A model generated the notes under the pieces. That model was not told the DNA's origin. It searched no databases and saw only the letters and a program-made list of their open reading frames with translations. Source: the human T2T-CHM13v2.0 reference genome, Homo sapiens. Taken from it: DNA of 64,000 nt. The position numbers and the translations under genes were made by a program. The stretch lies in assembly GCF_009914755.1 (NCBI RefSeq), contig NC_060935.1; one strand, written 5' to 3'. Below, in pieces: positions 1-15,212 of the stretch. The stretch's first letter is position 1. Every line of letters starts with the position of its first letter.

Positions 1-959
1 CTCAAGTACTATACATCGTCTCTTCATACATAAATTCTAACTACAGAGGGAGCAGCTTCTTCAGAAGCATTAGCCCTTCCCAGTGAAGTAGACCCTACGG
101 AGTAATAAAGTGTAGTTAGCACTTGAATGTGGAGAAGGGATGTAAAGTAGTTTATTTTTCCCAGGAAATCAAGTGCTCTAATATTTCTCATTCTTTAACA
201 GACTCTTTGGTTACAGGTTCCTGTAGCAGAAGAAAAATCTGATGTTCTGCTTATAAATTTTATCTGCTTTAAAAATATATGTGTATTCCACATAATTATC
301 AAAAAGCTTAATTGTGGGAATCAGCTTCCTGCCATGGTATAATAGATACTGAGGAAGAGTCAATGAAAGTCAAAAATCCTCTACCCCAATTTGAATTATT
401 TTCCACAATAAATCATTCTTAATAAATTTGATTAGTTTGGCATTTTGTGTTACTTGGTTTTCGTAGTTTGAAGGAATTCAAAGTCTTTATTTTGGTAGTA
501 TTTTTGATTGCATATTATAATTTAAATTTTAATCAAAGTAGTGTGTGGCAATAGTTACCAATTAAAATTTCCTGAAATATAGGAGATGCTACTAATGTAT
601 AACCAAGATAAAAAAATGGAATTCTAAACTCATTTGTTTAGTTGTTTCTATTGAAAAAACCTTCATATTCAAAATAATAATATGCTTAGTTCAAAATTAC
701 CTTATTAAACAAATATATACATATTTGTATACATATATGTATAATATGTATAATTTCCATTGACTATACATTTTGATAAATTAGTATTTTTCTTTATGTT
801 ACATCTCTGTTTTTCCTTCTGCTATCTTACAAGTAAGTTATTTGATCATTTGGAGGTAAGTTAAATCTCCATGTTTACATTATTGTGCTATGTATATAAA
901 GCTCACTAGTAAGAAAAGATATAAAGTAATCATTGTGTACTCACTGTTAATAAGTAAGT

Positions 960-1480
960 AGCATTGTTGAGTCCAGATAGTTTGCTATTCCAGAAAGCAA
1001 GAAAGCTTGCAATAAATAAGGGATCAGGTCAAAAGGACACGACTTACCTTGAGGAAACCCAAAATGACAAATACGTGACTCTTTGAGTGTCATAAGAAAA
1101 AATTGATTCCAGGTGATAAAGATATAAATAAATCAAACCCCACGAATCCATAAAAATAATAACAAAAGAGAGAAAGCTAGAAGAAATATATCTTACTTAT
1201 AATGGTTAATATACCAAACACTTATTTTCAAAATTGGTATTTAATGGAAAAGCGTTAAACATCTGTCTTAATTTTATGGTGGGAATGAAATTTTCAAGTA
1301 GCCAATTCATCCTAGTTGATGACTCAAAACTCTATTGAAAAACACCACCTTGTCTGAATTGAAGAAATGATACATTTTGAAAATCGTTATTTTGAAATAT
1401 TGATTCAGGTAAAAATGACCAGTTGGTGGTTTTTACCGTAAGGTAGAAATTTAATGAAGAATTTAGTATTCCTTGTATTG
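960..1480 (+). mobile_element. Highly diverged L1M (L1MC/L1ME-type) 3' UTR fragment
   Basis: Motifs such as GGATCAGGTCAAAAGGACAC and AAAATTGGTATTTAATGGAAAAG resemble old L1MC 3' UTR consensus; boundaries approximate. Confidence 0.4.
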
Positions 1481-4280
1481 TCAAATGTCATGTGGGTGAT
1501 GGATGTTCTACATAAGAATGAGTATACTAACAAACAAAAGGCGATGCTAACACTGAGTCCCAATTAGATATTAGATATTACTAGTTGCTTTGATTATGTT
1601 TTCTCATGTAATCTAATATGGTTTCAAAGGGGAAAAATACAGATCAAAGTAAAGTAATTTGGAGTCATTCGGCTAGAAAATGGCACAGAAAAATCCAAAC
1701 TCTTGTCTGTCTGATTCCTTTCTCTGTGCTACAAACTTCAAACTTAGGTTTTGAATATATGTATTTGATTAAACTTATATATTTGATTAAACTAATCCAT
1801 CTCTGCATATAGGACAATAATAGTATTAGATGAAATTTCTCTTACATAAAGCTATCACATATTTTAGGTGATGTCTAGAAAAAATTTTAATTTTTAAATA
1901 TGCTATATGGTAAGTTTATTAAACTGGAAAACAAGTACAAACAGATGATCAAGTATAGCATATTTAAATCTATGCACTGAAATTAATTTTTTTATAAGAG
2001 AAAAGGCATGTTTCCTGAGTGATGGCTGGTTAAGGATGGTATTTATAATGAAAATCTTTGGACAAGAATGTACTGTGTCTATTGTGTATTGACAGTAACT
2101 CTAAGTGACGTGATATATTTTTACACTATATATAAAGATCACTTAATATACAGAAAGGTGGAAAATAAATTTGATTTTCTATACTCGATTTTGTAAACTG
2201 CAAATACAAAATTTCAAGAGACTTCTCTTTGTCTCTTACCTCATTAAGGTTGAGTTTGGAAGAATAGCAAATATGGATGATGTTTTTCCCTGATTAAGCA
2301 AGAAAGAATCAATTTGAAAAAAAATTCAGCTTTGCTATAACTTCTTCATGGGAGCTTCTGTCCTTTTGTCCTCAAAGAACTAAAAAAAAAAATTGTATAA
2401 TATGTTAGAATTCACTTGACTGTGCCGTGAAACCTGCCTAGAATACCTTCTGTTTTGCCTTGAACTAACCCTGCAAGCCCATTATTGAGGTTCATTTCAA
2501 TTGGCTCTACTCAATATCTCTTAAGGTTGATTCCATGATTTTAGACAAATGCAAGAGATTGGTGTGGTTGTCATTTCTGTCGCATTACATAACAGTAAAT
2601 AATACAGACTCTCTATATGTGATTATAAATAGGTGAAAATCATGAAATAAGTATTGCAACTGTGAGATTGAGCTCTGCTTGTCTTCTTGATGACTATGTT
2701 CTAAGACAGTTGGACTACACCACCTTACTTGTGACCTAGATCACAAAGCCAGGTCATCTGTCTTGATGAGGATAACATTTTCCTTATCACATTCTCCTTC
2801 CAAATGTTCCATGCAAATCAAACCACAAACATATCAGTGTAAAATAAAAAGTAGTTCTCAATAACTCCCATCGAGGGAAGGATAGAAAATGGAATGATAT
2901 GCACTGGTATTATGTACAAATTTGTCAGTATCAGTATTCAATATCAGTATACAGTATTTTCTTATCTACCACTATATGTATTAAATTATTTATGTTATAG
3001 AAAATCATCTAAAATTATTTATTTATAGAAAATTCTAAATATATTTTGATATGTTAATGTCCAAACTTTACTTCTCTCAACTTAATTCTTATAAGGTATT
3101 AATGCTATAGTGGTATCAGATTCCCTGAGCTATTTTGTGGATAAAACATTGAGAGTAGTTTCTAGTTATTTTCAAAGAAAGACGTCATCAGCCTTTTGTA
3201 ATCTGTAAAGAAAACATTAAGAGAATATATTAATTTATTTAAAAATGTTCTGTGTAAGAGTGAATATTCAACACTTTCTACCAAGGATATTTGTCCACTT
3301 TGCATTGTGACCTGTATCCATAGCAAAAGCCTGAGCCTCCTCTAATGTTCATGTCATTTGTTTTAAACTTCTTTACTCAATGAGATGAAACACAACCATG
3401 GGATAGCTACCTTAGCTAATGCATCCTCCCCACCTCACACTGCCAGTATTATATGACATAAACAGTGATTTAACAGATACGTTATATTTCATTATTACAA
3501 CATGTATAGATCTTTGCAAAAGGCTGTTTCTCTTTTTGTTTCCTTTCATACTTTGCTATGATGTTGCACTTTTATGGCAAAGAAGTGTCCTGAATTTCAC
3601 AAGGTAGGATGAGGGATTTCTTCAGAGTTTGGTAAGAAATGTGATGTGCATGAAAAAACATGTATGTTAATGTCCTGACTGCTCTTATGAGGATATGTGG
3701 GATCCCTATTTACCAGTGTTCTAGACCTTTGGTGATGCTGCACAGTCTTTCTCACACTTCAGTTTAGTTTTCAGGATCAGGTCTCATCAATTAAGATATC
3801 TCAGATCAGCATGTCAGTATCCACCTCTCCCCAATTTAAGGTCTTCAATTTGGCTTTAATCCCTTTAGTTCTCTAATCTGACATAACCAAAGAGTTGCCA
3901 TATCAGGTAAGAAAGACTCAATGCATATACTACTAAGTAACTTGATTACATGGCAAATGCCTTCTACTCATAAAAAATGGAAATAACACAAATATACCCC
4001 ACCTATCCTAAGGACTTTCTCAACCTTCTTCAAACCCATTATTCTCCTTTATTATCTCCCAGTTCCTGCTCTCTATGGAATGAAAGAATCCAACACTGGG
4101 GGCAAGCTCTATATTGAACCACAAATATGATTACATGTAGCAATTCATCTATTCTATTACAAACCAATTTTTATCTTGGTTATTATTATCTATTATCACA
4201 TTCCTTAGAAGTTTATGGAATGTCAAAATACTGTTACAATCAAAAGTTGTATAATAAGCAAAGATTGATTTTTAAAAAAA

Positions 4281-4548
4281 TTTATTTTTTTCTAAATTTT
4301 TGTAATTGACATGAGATAGTACATATTTGTGGTATACAATGTGATGTTTTGATATGTGTATATATTATGAAATGATTAAATCCATTTAACTAATATATCC
4401 ATTATCACACATACTTATCATTTTTTGTGGTGAGAACATTTAAAATCTACTCTTCTAGCAATTTTGAAATACAATACATTATTATTAACCCTAGTCACCA
4501 TACTGTGCAAAGATCACTGAAACATTCCACCTACCTAACAAAAACTTT
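4281..4548 (-). mobile_element. L1MA (L1MA8/9-like) 3' end fragment
   Basis: T-rich tail followed by GTACATATTTGTGGTATACAATGTGATGTTTTGATA...GTGGTGAGAACATTTAAAATCTACTC...GTCACCATACTGTGCAA, the reverse complement of the L1MA 3' terminus. Confidence 0.8.
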
Positions 4549-4637
4549 AAGAAAATAATTGAGTGGAAATTCAATGGCTGCATCAGGTATGATTTGCAAT
4601 TATGCTGTGCTGTCTCCTGCTTTAAAATCTTTTTATG

Positions 4638-4790
4638 TATTCATTCATTCACTAATTTCTCAGCAAACATTCATTCATTCCACAGCACCTACTGTGGGCC
4701 AGACACTTAGCTAGGCCTTATGGATGCATCATCAGTGAAAAGACCATTGTCCTCGAGGTGCTGTGCATGGGAATCTTATATTCCAGCGTG
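4638..4790 (-). mobile_element. L2 3' end fragment
   Basis: (CATT)n terminus followed by AGCACCTACTGTGGGCCAGACACT, typical of L2 3' end in antisense. Confidence 0.65.
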
Positions 4791-6699
4791 TCCCCCTCTT
4801 GTGTGCATGCCCAAATCCATGGCATAGCAAATCTAGCTTTCTAGAGTCTGGATCAAATCTATCATTCCAGCAGACCTGATGCCAAATCTGGGTTTGAGTA
4901 CTAATTAGATGTGTCAACTTTGACAATTTCTTATAGTTCTCTGAGCCTTACTATTCATATTTATTAAGAGAGAATAAAATACCTGGCAGCATTGAAATAA
5001 TTGAACAAAGTAATGTTCAAAATATTCTCTAAAAATATTAATACTCCTATGATTGAATAACAAATAGAAATTTAGATAAAGAGTAACAATATTATTCGTT
5101 CTAAAGCTCATTGGAATGCCAATTCTAATGACACATATTTTGCCTTTCCTAGGATAAAAATTCTCCCCCCTTTTTTTCAAGCTGTGAAAATCTATTTATG
5201 TCGGAAAAAAAAAATACTGCCTATCTCCTTGCCTTCATCACTCCAAAATCTCAGAGAAAACAAAAAGGATCTCAAGTTTGAAAAAAGAAGAAAGGGAAAC
5301 ATGAAAGTACACTTTTCATCCAACCAAGTACATTGTGTTTTCCAAAACTAAAGTTACAGTTTATAATGACCTGTTGTCTAGATTCATATAAAGAACTGTG
5401 GCTTTCTAAGCACCTGCTAGGCAGCTGTGTAATGAATCACAGGCCCTGTGATCAGATTCAGGGCCAAATGAAATAGGACAACAGAATTTTGCTCCTTCAG
5501 AGCTACTTAACCAGTTGAAAGTCTTTTATGTAACAATCTGTAGCTGTAGCCACCTCTCTCTGAGGCAGCCTTTCTCAAGTCGTCCAGTGCTACCTGCTGA
5601 AGAGGATCTTTCCAAGCTGGTTCCTTCTCTCTCATTGCAATAATTCTGTTGTAAGCAGGGCTACAAATACAGACCTCCCAGTTGGAAGGGAAAACTGTGG
5701 GTGTGAAAAAAAGGACATACCAGGCTGTTGATTGTTATTTTCCTTGAAATTTTTATAACAATGACAAAATATATAGGGATATCAGAGTGGTGTTTAACTA
5801 ATTTATGATATTCGTTTGCGGTCTGTGTAGAATAAATAAGTTTAGAGGCTTTCAAAAACAAGCAACAAGCAGGCAGTTACTTAATGAGTTCCTTCCAAGT
5901 TGTCCCTTGGTTCTAATGCATAGTCACAAGACACAAAACAGGAAAAAGGGTGAAAGTCAGGGCTCAACTTTAAGGACTTTCAACTGTTGGCCCAGTGGTA
6001 CTAAGGATTACTAAATCAACATCCCAATCTATAGAATTTGGGGAAAACATGACTTGTCTGTTGAATGAGACAAAGTGAGAGAAAGTGCCTCTTTTAAAAC
6101 TGCAAACAACTTTCAAACTAGCAGGAGCAGACTTCCTCTCTTTCAATTGTGAAAGGAGCTGAGATATGAAGTCAAAAAGCAGACAGGACAATCTTTCTTG
6201 CAGGAAGTCTGATTCCACAGACATACTGGTAAGAACTTGTTTGCTTGTGTTCTCAGAGTCTGAAAAAGTAATTCAGCACTGCTTTAACCGTGACCTTTGA
6301 TTATCTCCCTAATCCTTGCTTACCCAAGATGAGTAATAAAACTGCCCTTTGCAGAATCACTATCTCCAAAAGAAACCTCAGAAGCTAACTTCAAAGGTGA
6401 AGAAAAATCAGGCTGTGATAGAATTTAATGATCTATTTTCACCTCCAAGTGAGAAAGAAAAACATTCAGAAAAAAAAATGAGAATGAAAATGGAATTTTG
6501 ACTGCAGCACTCTAATTAACTTGAAAAGTGTCCTGAAAATATTAATACAAACAATGAACAACACAACTTTTACTTAACATCTGATCATGTATAAAATATA
6601 ATTTTAAACAAATGTTTGAATATTTTTATTTACATATCTGATTAATGAGTGGAGTATATACAAAAAGCAACATACATATTTTTAAGAATTATGTGTTTT

Positions 6700-6850
6700 A
6701 TGTATATCATGTCAATTAATTTTCCCTGGCACTCTGATAGAAGGTATTGTTTGCCTCTTTTCATTGATAAAATATGGGGCATAAAAGACAAAGGACCTTG
6801 CCCAAGGTCATACCAGTGGCAAACAAAAGACTCAGGATTTGATCATCATG
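6700..6850 (-). mobile_element. MIR fragment
   Basis: CTTGCCCAAGGTCATACCAGTGGC...CAGGATTTGA matches the MIR core in antisense. Confidence 0.55.
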
Positions 6851-6900
6851 CTGCCCATAAGCAAAATGACAGAAAAAGTGAACCGTGTAAGCTGATGCTC

Positions 6901-7260
6901 CTCAGCCCCTAGCTAGGTACTTAAGCTTGTAGTACTCAGCCTCTCCAGCTAGGTACTTAAGCTTGTAGTACTCAGCCTCTCCAGCTAGGTACTTAAGCTT
7001 GTAGTACTCAGCCTCTCCAGCTAGGTACTTAAGCTTGTAGTACTCAGCCTCTCCAGCTAGGTACTTAAGCTTGTAGTACTCAGCCTCTCCAGCTAGGTAC
7101 TTAAGCTTGTAGTACTCAGCCTCTCCAGCTAGGTACTTAAGCTTGTAGTACTCAGCCTCTCCAGCTAGGTACTTAAGCTTGTAGTACTCAGCCTCTCTAG
7201 CTAGGTACTTAAGCTTTTAATACTCAGCCTCTAGCTAGGTATTTAAGTTTTTAGTACTCA
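6901..7260. repeat. 36-bp minisatellite (VNTR-like), ~10 copies
   Basis: Unit AGCTAGGTACTTAAGCTTGTAGTACTCAGCCTCTCC starting at 6911, 6947, 6983, 7019, 7055, 7091, 7127 (identical), 7163 (1 change), then degenerate 34-bp and 28-bp copies; no spacers. Confidence 0.98.
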
Positions 7261-7431
7261 TGCAAGATCCTGAGCCCTTACTTGCTCATTTTTCAAGAAG
7301 GATTTGGAGAGCTACGTTTCAGCACAGATACCGAGATCCAGAAAGTTTATTGCTTCAAGTACAGAGCTACAGCCAGAGCCCAGGCACAGTAGTTAGGAGG
7401 ACAGTCACTGCCCCATTCTAGATTGTTAGTA

Positions 7432-7615
7432 CGAAGTGGTTAACATAATGGACTGTGAGGCTAGACCATTGGGATTTGAAGGCTACCCTGAATGTCTCTA
7501 TTGCCACAGGAAAACTACTAAAATTTCTGTGTTTTATGAGCTTTTTGTAAGGATTAAGTGAGTTAATACATGAGAGAAATTTACATCAGTCCCTGGCATG
7601 TGTTTTCTATTATTA
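7432..7615 (+). mobile_element. MIR fragment
   Basis: AGTGGTTAACATAATGGACTGTGAGGCTAGAC and TTGTAAGGATTAAGTGAGTTAATACATG...CAGTCCCTGGCA match MIR 5' and 3' parts. Confidence 0.65.
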
Positions 7616-8722
7616 TTAATCATGTTCATAGAAGGAAGTCACAGACAGGGTACAGGAAATCAGGAGCCTGATTTCAACAGCCAGATAACGTGGCCAGTGG
7701 AAGCCAAGAAAAATGTCCAGTCAATCTAGGCTAAAGCTATGTAGAAAAAGAGAGAGCCTTCACTCTGCAGGTGAGTTTACTCATCCTTCAGGCATGCCAG
7801 ATGCCAGATGCCTCTGCAAAACACTAACTGTGGTTTCCTCAGCGGATGGCTGCAGGTCCTTGCCCTGATGGGGATCGGACAAGGAGGCACTTGCAGGTGA
7901 AACTCCTTGATCACTATGTCCGGGAGAAGCCAAAGTGGACAGGGCTGGTAGTAGCTTCCAAAGAACCAGAATGTAGTGAAATTGTACTGGATTGATTCAG
8001 AAAGCTCTTAAGGTTCTCTCATCAGGAGCTTTAAGTTACCACTGGCCACCTGTTTAGGGATTATATAGTTGTCAAGGTAAGATTACTTGGACTAGTCTAC
8101 AGTAAAAGAACTGTTAGAAAGTGTACAGGGCTTTTTCACAGAACTTTAGGTCTGGGGCATATTTGGGCCTTACCCAGGCCTGAAAGAAAGCACTAGAACC
8201 ATTCAGGAGTTAATGTAGTTGCAGTTTTCATCCACGCAGTGCTCAGAGGACACATGGTCGTTTCTGTGAGTCTTCTCTATGCTTTGCTTACTTCCGTTAT
8301 CTTCACTGAGTAGACTTTTCTGTCCTACACATTCATGGTTCATCATAAGAGCTTCAGCTCCAGCTTTACTTGATGTTTTAATTTAAGAGGCCAATAAAGA
8401 TTAATGAGTTTTACTTTTAGATTTATGGGAAAAGAAAAAAATCTGGCTAAGGCTTCATCAGGGACCTCATGTAATCCATCAGCAAGGGTGGGATGTCTTT
8501 TAAGGGTATGGACTCAAGAGCCTCTGAGAAGAGAGGGTGAAATAGGAAGGAAATTCTCATCAGAGAAAATTGTTATTTCTAAAATGCTGCAGATGTGAAG
8601 TTCTGCTCAATCAAGTGCTATATAAACAACAGTCCTAAAATGGGAACTGAGTGGTCTGAGTAATGGCCTGGCTTTGCCTTTGGTCCTCTGCAGCATCTCC
8701 CTGTTGTTTTAATGCACTTGCT

Positions 8723-8726
<4 letters not shown>

Positions 8727-8764
<38 letters not shown>

Positions 8765-8790
8765 CTATCTCTCTCTCCTCTCTCTCTCTC
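8727..8790. repeat. (TC)n microsatellite, interrupted
   Basis: Directly visible. Confidence 0.95.
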
Positions 8791-8885
8791 TTTTTCTGCT
8801 ATTGCATTTATTGGTAAAATGCAGCTTTCTTAAAAATATCTAAAAGGTTTCCAGAAGCTAAATAATTGAAGTTTCTTAGAATTAA

Positions 8886-8888
<3 letters not shown>

Positions 8889-8937
<49 letters not shown>
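8889..8937. repeat. (TA)n(CA)n microsatellite
   Basis: Directly visible. Confidence 0.95.
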
Positions 8938-8984
8938 TTTATTTATTTTTGGTGGTGTAGGGAGAGTCTTCAAAAATAGTATGA

Positions 8985-9262
8985 TATTATACTCTCTTAG
9001 AGATGGGCTATGACCATATGAACAGCTCTGCCAGAAGACTGAGTAGAAATGATATGTATCACCTCCAGGCTGAGATTATTAAGCTGTGTTGTGCTTGCAT
9101 AGGTCCATGTTTCCTTATTGTGGTCATCTTGGAAGCCATGTGCTCCACATATTGCAGCTAAAGATGGTTAAAGACAACTGACATAATTGGACTTTGTGCA
9201 CTTGAAAATGATACCTGTGATTTAGGGATTTATCTGCTATCATAGCCTTTTCTGATTAACAC
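8985..9262 (+). mobile_element. Old MaLR LTR fragment (MLT1I/J-like)
   Basis: GAGTAGAAATGATATGTATCACCTCCAGGCTGAG, CTTGGAAGCCATGTG and terminal CTGATTAACACA resemble MLT1 LTRs. Confidence 0.5.
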
Positions 9263-10325
9263 AGTAATTGAGCAAAGGGGTTATTTTAGATTGGTCTTGA
9301 AAAAGAGATAGAATTTTACTAACTGAGGAAAAGAAGCATAATTATTCTAGATAAAGACAAGAGTCACTAATAAGAATGAAAAGAATGAAAGTTTGCTGTC
9401 TGATCAGAGAATATTGCAGAGTCCCTTTGTTGGCAAAACCAGTGATGTCTGCTTGGTAAAGAAGGAGTTTTGTAAAATTTTGAAAAGTATTACATAATAT
9501 AACTTAACTTTTTTTAAAAAATGGAATTTTTAAATGTATTTGCTTACTTAAAATATATGATTATAGCTATCTCTAAAAAGTGTAATTTCTCATGATTAAA
9601 ATCTCCTAAATGATAAATTTACTCATAATTCTTCAATCTACTTAGATATAATTCTAAAAGTTTTTTTCTGTTCTCAAATAGGGTAGTTTAAACAAAGGCA
9701 TGGAAGAGTATTTAAACTTTAATCATGAGATAGACTCTCCCTTAGATAGCTGATGACAATTAAACAAGATAATGACTAAGTACCAATTCACATTGGCAGT
9801 AACAATATTTAAAAGAGAAAGAGTTTGGGCTTTGGATTATTGCCAGGTAATCAAAGCTAGTGAAATACTCTTACAATAAAACATAATCAGTAGATATATT
9901 TACAAGTTATATTAGTTATGTTATACTTTTAACCTTCTCTCTTGCAATGTATAAAGTTTTTTATCCATCTAATTGCCAACATCTTTTTAGATAATCAAGT
10001 ATTTTGCCTTCTTACTTTGTAATTCTCCGTAATCTGGTTACTTATGATGCAAGGATGTGGACTTTTGCCTAACATATGAGGTAAAATAACTTTCAAAAAA
10101 CAATGGGAAATATCTTAAATTTAATTATTTATTAGCAAGAAGAGAATATAGATATGTTTCAGGTGATGTAAACCAGTGACAGCTGATATAACAAATATTT
10201 TCGTGATGAGTTTAGCCAAATGAATAATTAATTCAGCATCACTAGCTCTTACCCTTTTAACTATGAGTAGCATTTATATACTTCTTTAACACATAACATT
10301 CTTTTAATTCCTTGTTTTGTGTGTT

Positions 10326-10422
10326 CAAAAAATAATTACTTAACTATGTTCACCAAAAGCTATACTCAAAGAAAATCATAGAATATAGCTTTTGGTGAAC
10401 ATAGATAAGCAATTATTTTTTG
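10326..10422. repeat. Inverted repeat, 42-bp arms with 3 mismatches, 13-nt loop
   Basis: 10326-10367 is the reverse complement of 10381-10422 (core CTATGTTCACCAAAAGCTATA / TATAGCTTTTGGTGAACATAG). Confidence 0.95.
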
Positions 10423-10429
10423 CATATGA

Positions 10430-10850
10430 TAAATCTATTCCAAAGTGTAAATAACCAAATGTCCCTTAAAAGTAAGAATAGATAAACTTTAGTATATTCA
10501 CAAATATAATTCCTTACAGCAATAAAAATAAATATACTGCATGGATTACTCTTGCTAATATTTTGTGTGAAATAAATAAGACTCAAAGAAGCGCATATAT
10601 AATTTCATCCAGATAAATTTCAGAACCAAGAATAATTAATACATGCTTTCAGAAGTCAGGAAAGTGGTTTCCCTGGTCATGAGTTGTTGGGATATGATCA
10701 GTGGTAAGTAGTGCAAAGCAAGGCTATTCTGGTGCTAGTATTGATCTTTCTCAATATTGATGATGGGTACATAGACTTATTTAATTAATGAAAATAAGTC
10801 TAAGTTGCACATTTATGGTAAATTTTTTCATAAAATAAGCAATTTTTAAA
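10430..10850 (+). mobile_element. L1ME-type 3' end fragment
   Basis: AAATAACCAAATGTCC, CAGAAGTCAGGAAAGTGGTT, TTCTGGTGCTAGTATT...GATGGGTACATAG resemble L1ME 3' UTR. Confidence 0.6.
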
Positions 10851-11699
10851 GTATATTAAAGTTAAATAGTGCATAGCAATAATTGGGGAATGTGAGAAAA
10901 TAATTATTAGTTCTCAGATGAAGAAGATGGCTTTACTCTGAGTTTACACTGAAAAAGGTAAAAATAATCAGGTTTTTACATTAAATCCTAGAGCAAAAGA
11001 AAGGTTTTTAGATAAATTCAAAAGCAGAGATTGATTTTTCAGAAAAAAAGTAAAATAGAGCAACATTTATCAGGAGAAATGAGACAACTCAATGGACAAT
11101 TTCATATTGAATACTTTAAGTAGAAGTTGGATTACATACAGTTGCTTAAAAGATAGTGTGCAACGTTAATTAAGCATGACTGATTAGAAACTGTTATAAA
11201 CCTCAAGGAAAAAGAAAATCACAGATAAAGTTGAGACACAAGTGTACTAGTTAACTGAAATAAATGCAATCACTACTTTGTGATGTACACATTATATTTA
11301 ATATTTTAAAAATCTGAGTCCAAATGATAATTATTTATTGAATGTTGAGTAGAAAGTTTAATAATGACAGTTTAGGGTCTTGCACTTCCTCTTAATAATA
11401 TTAATTACATCGATATAATAATGTCTTATTCATCATCTGTGTTCTTAGATAGTCCATGAGTTTACTTCAACCTATTTAGCCTTTTTCCTTGATGCTCAGC
11501 ACAGACAATAGTATGCATTATAAAGAGTCACTCCAATTTATCAGTAAAATGTTAAAAAAAAATGAAAATCAGTTCAAAGAAAAACATGTACGATAAATAA
11601 TCAACAATAAATATTAATTGGTGAAGTTTATAAATGTCAAACAATTTTATCTCATTCTTATGTATATAGTAAAGATAGTTACGCATAAATGCTCTGTAT

Positions 11700-15212
<3,513 letters not shown>

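Noticed and set aside
6901-7260. CRISPR array (36-bp palindromic repeat)
   Set aside because: Repeats are head-to-tail with no spacers, no cas genes, and the context is primate genomic DNA
6901-7260. Synthetic polylinker or vector contamination
   Set aside because: Degenerate copies at both ends grade into genomic flanks and no vector sequence is adjacent
10326-10422. MADE1/miR-548-type element
   Set aside because: Arms do not match the Hsmar1/MADE1 terminal repeat as I recall it
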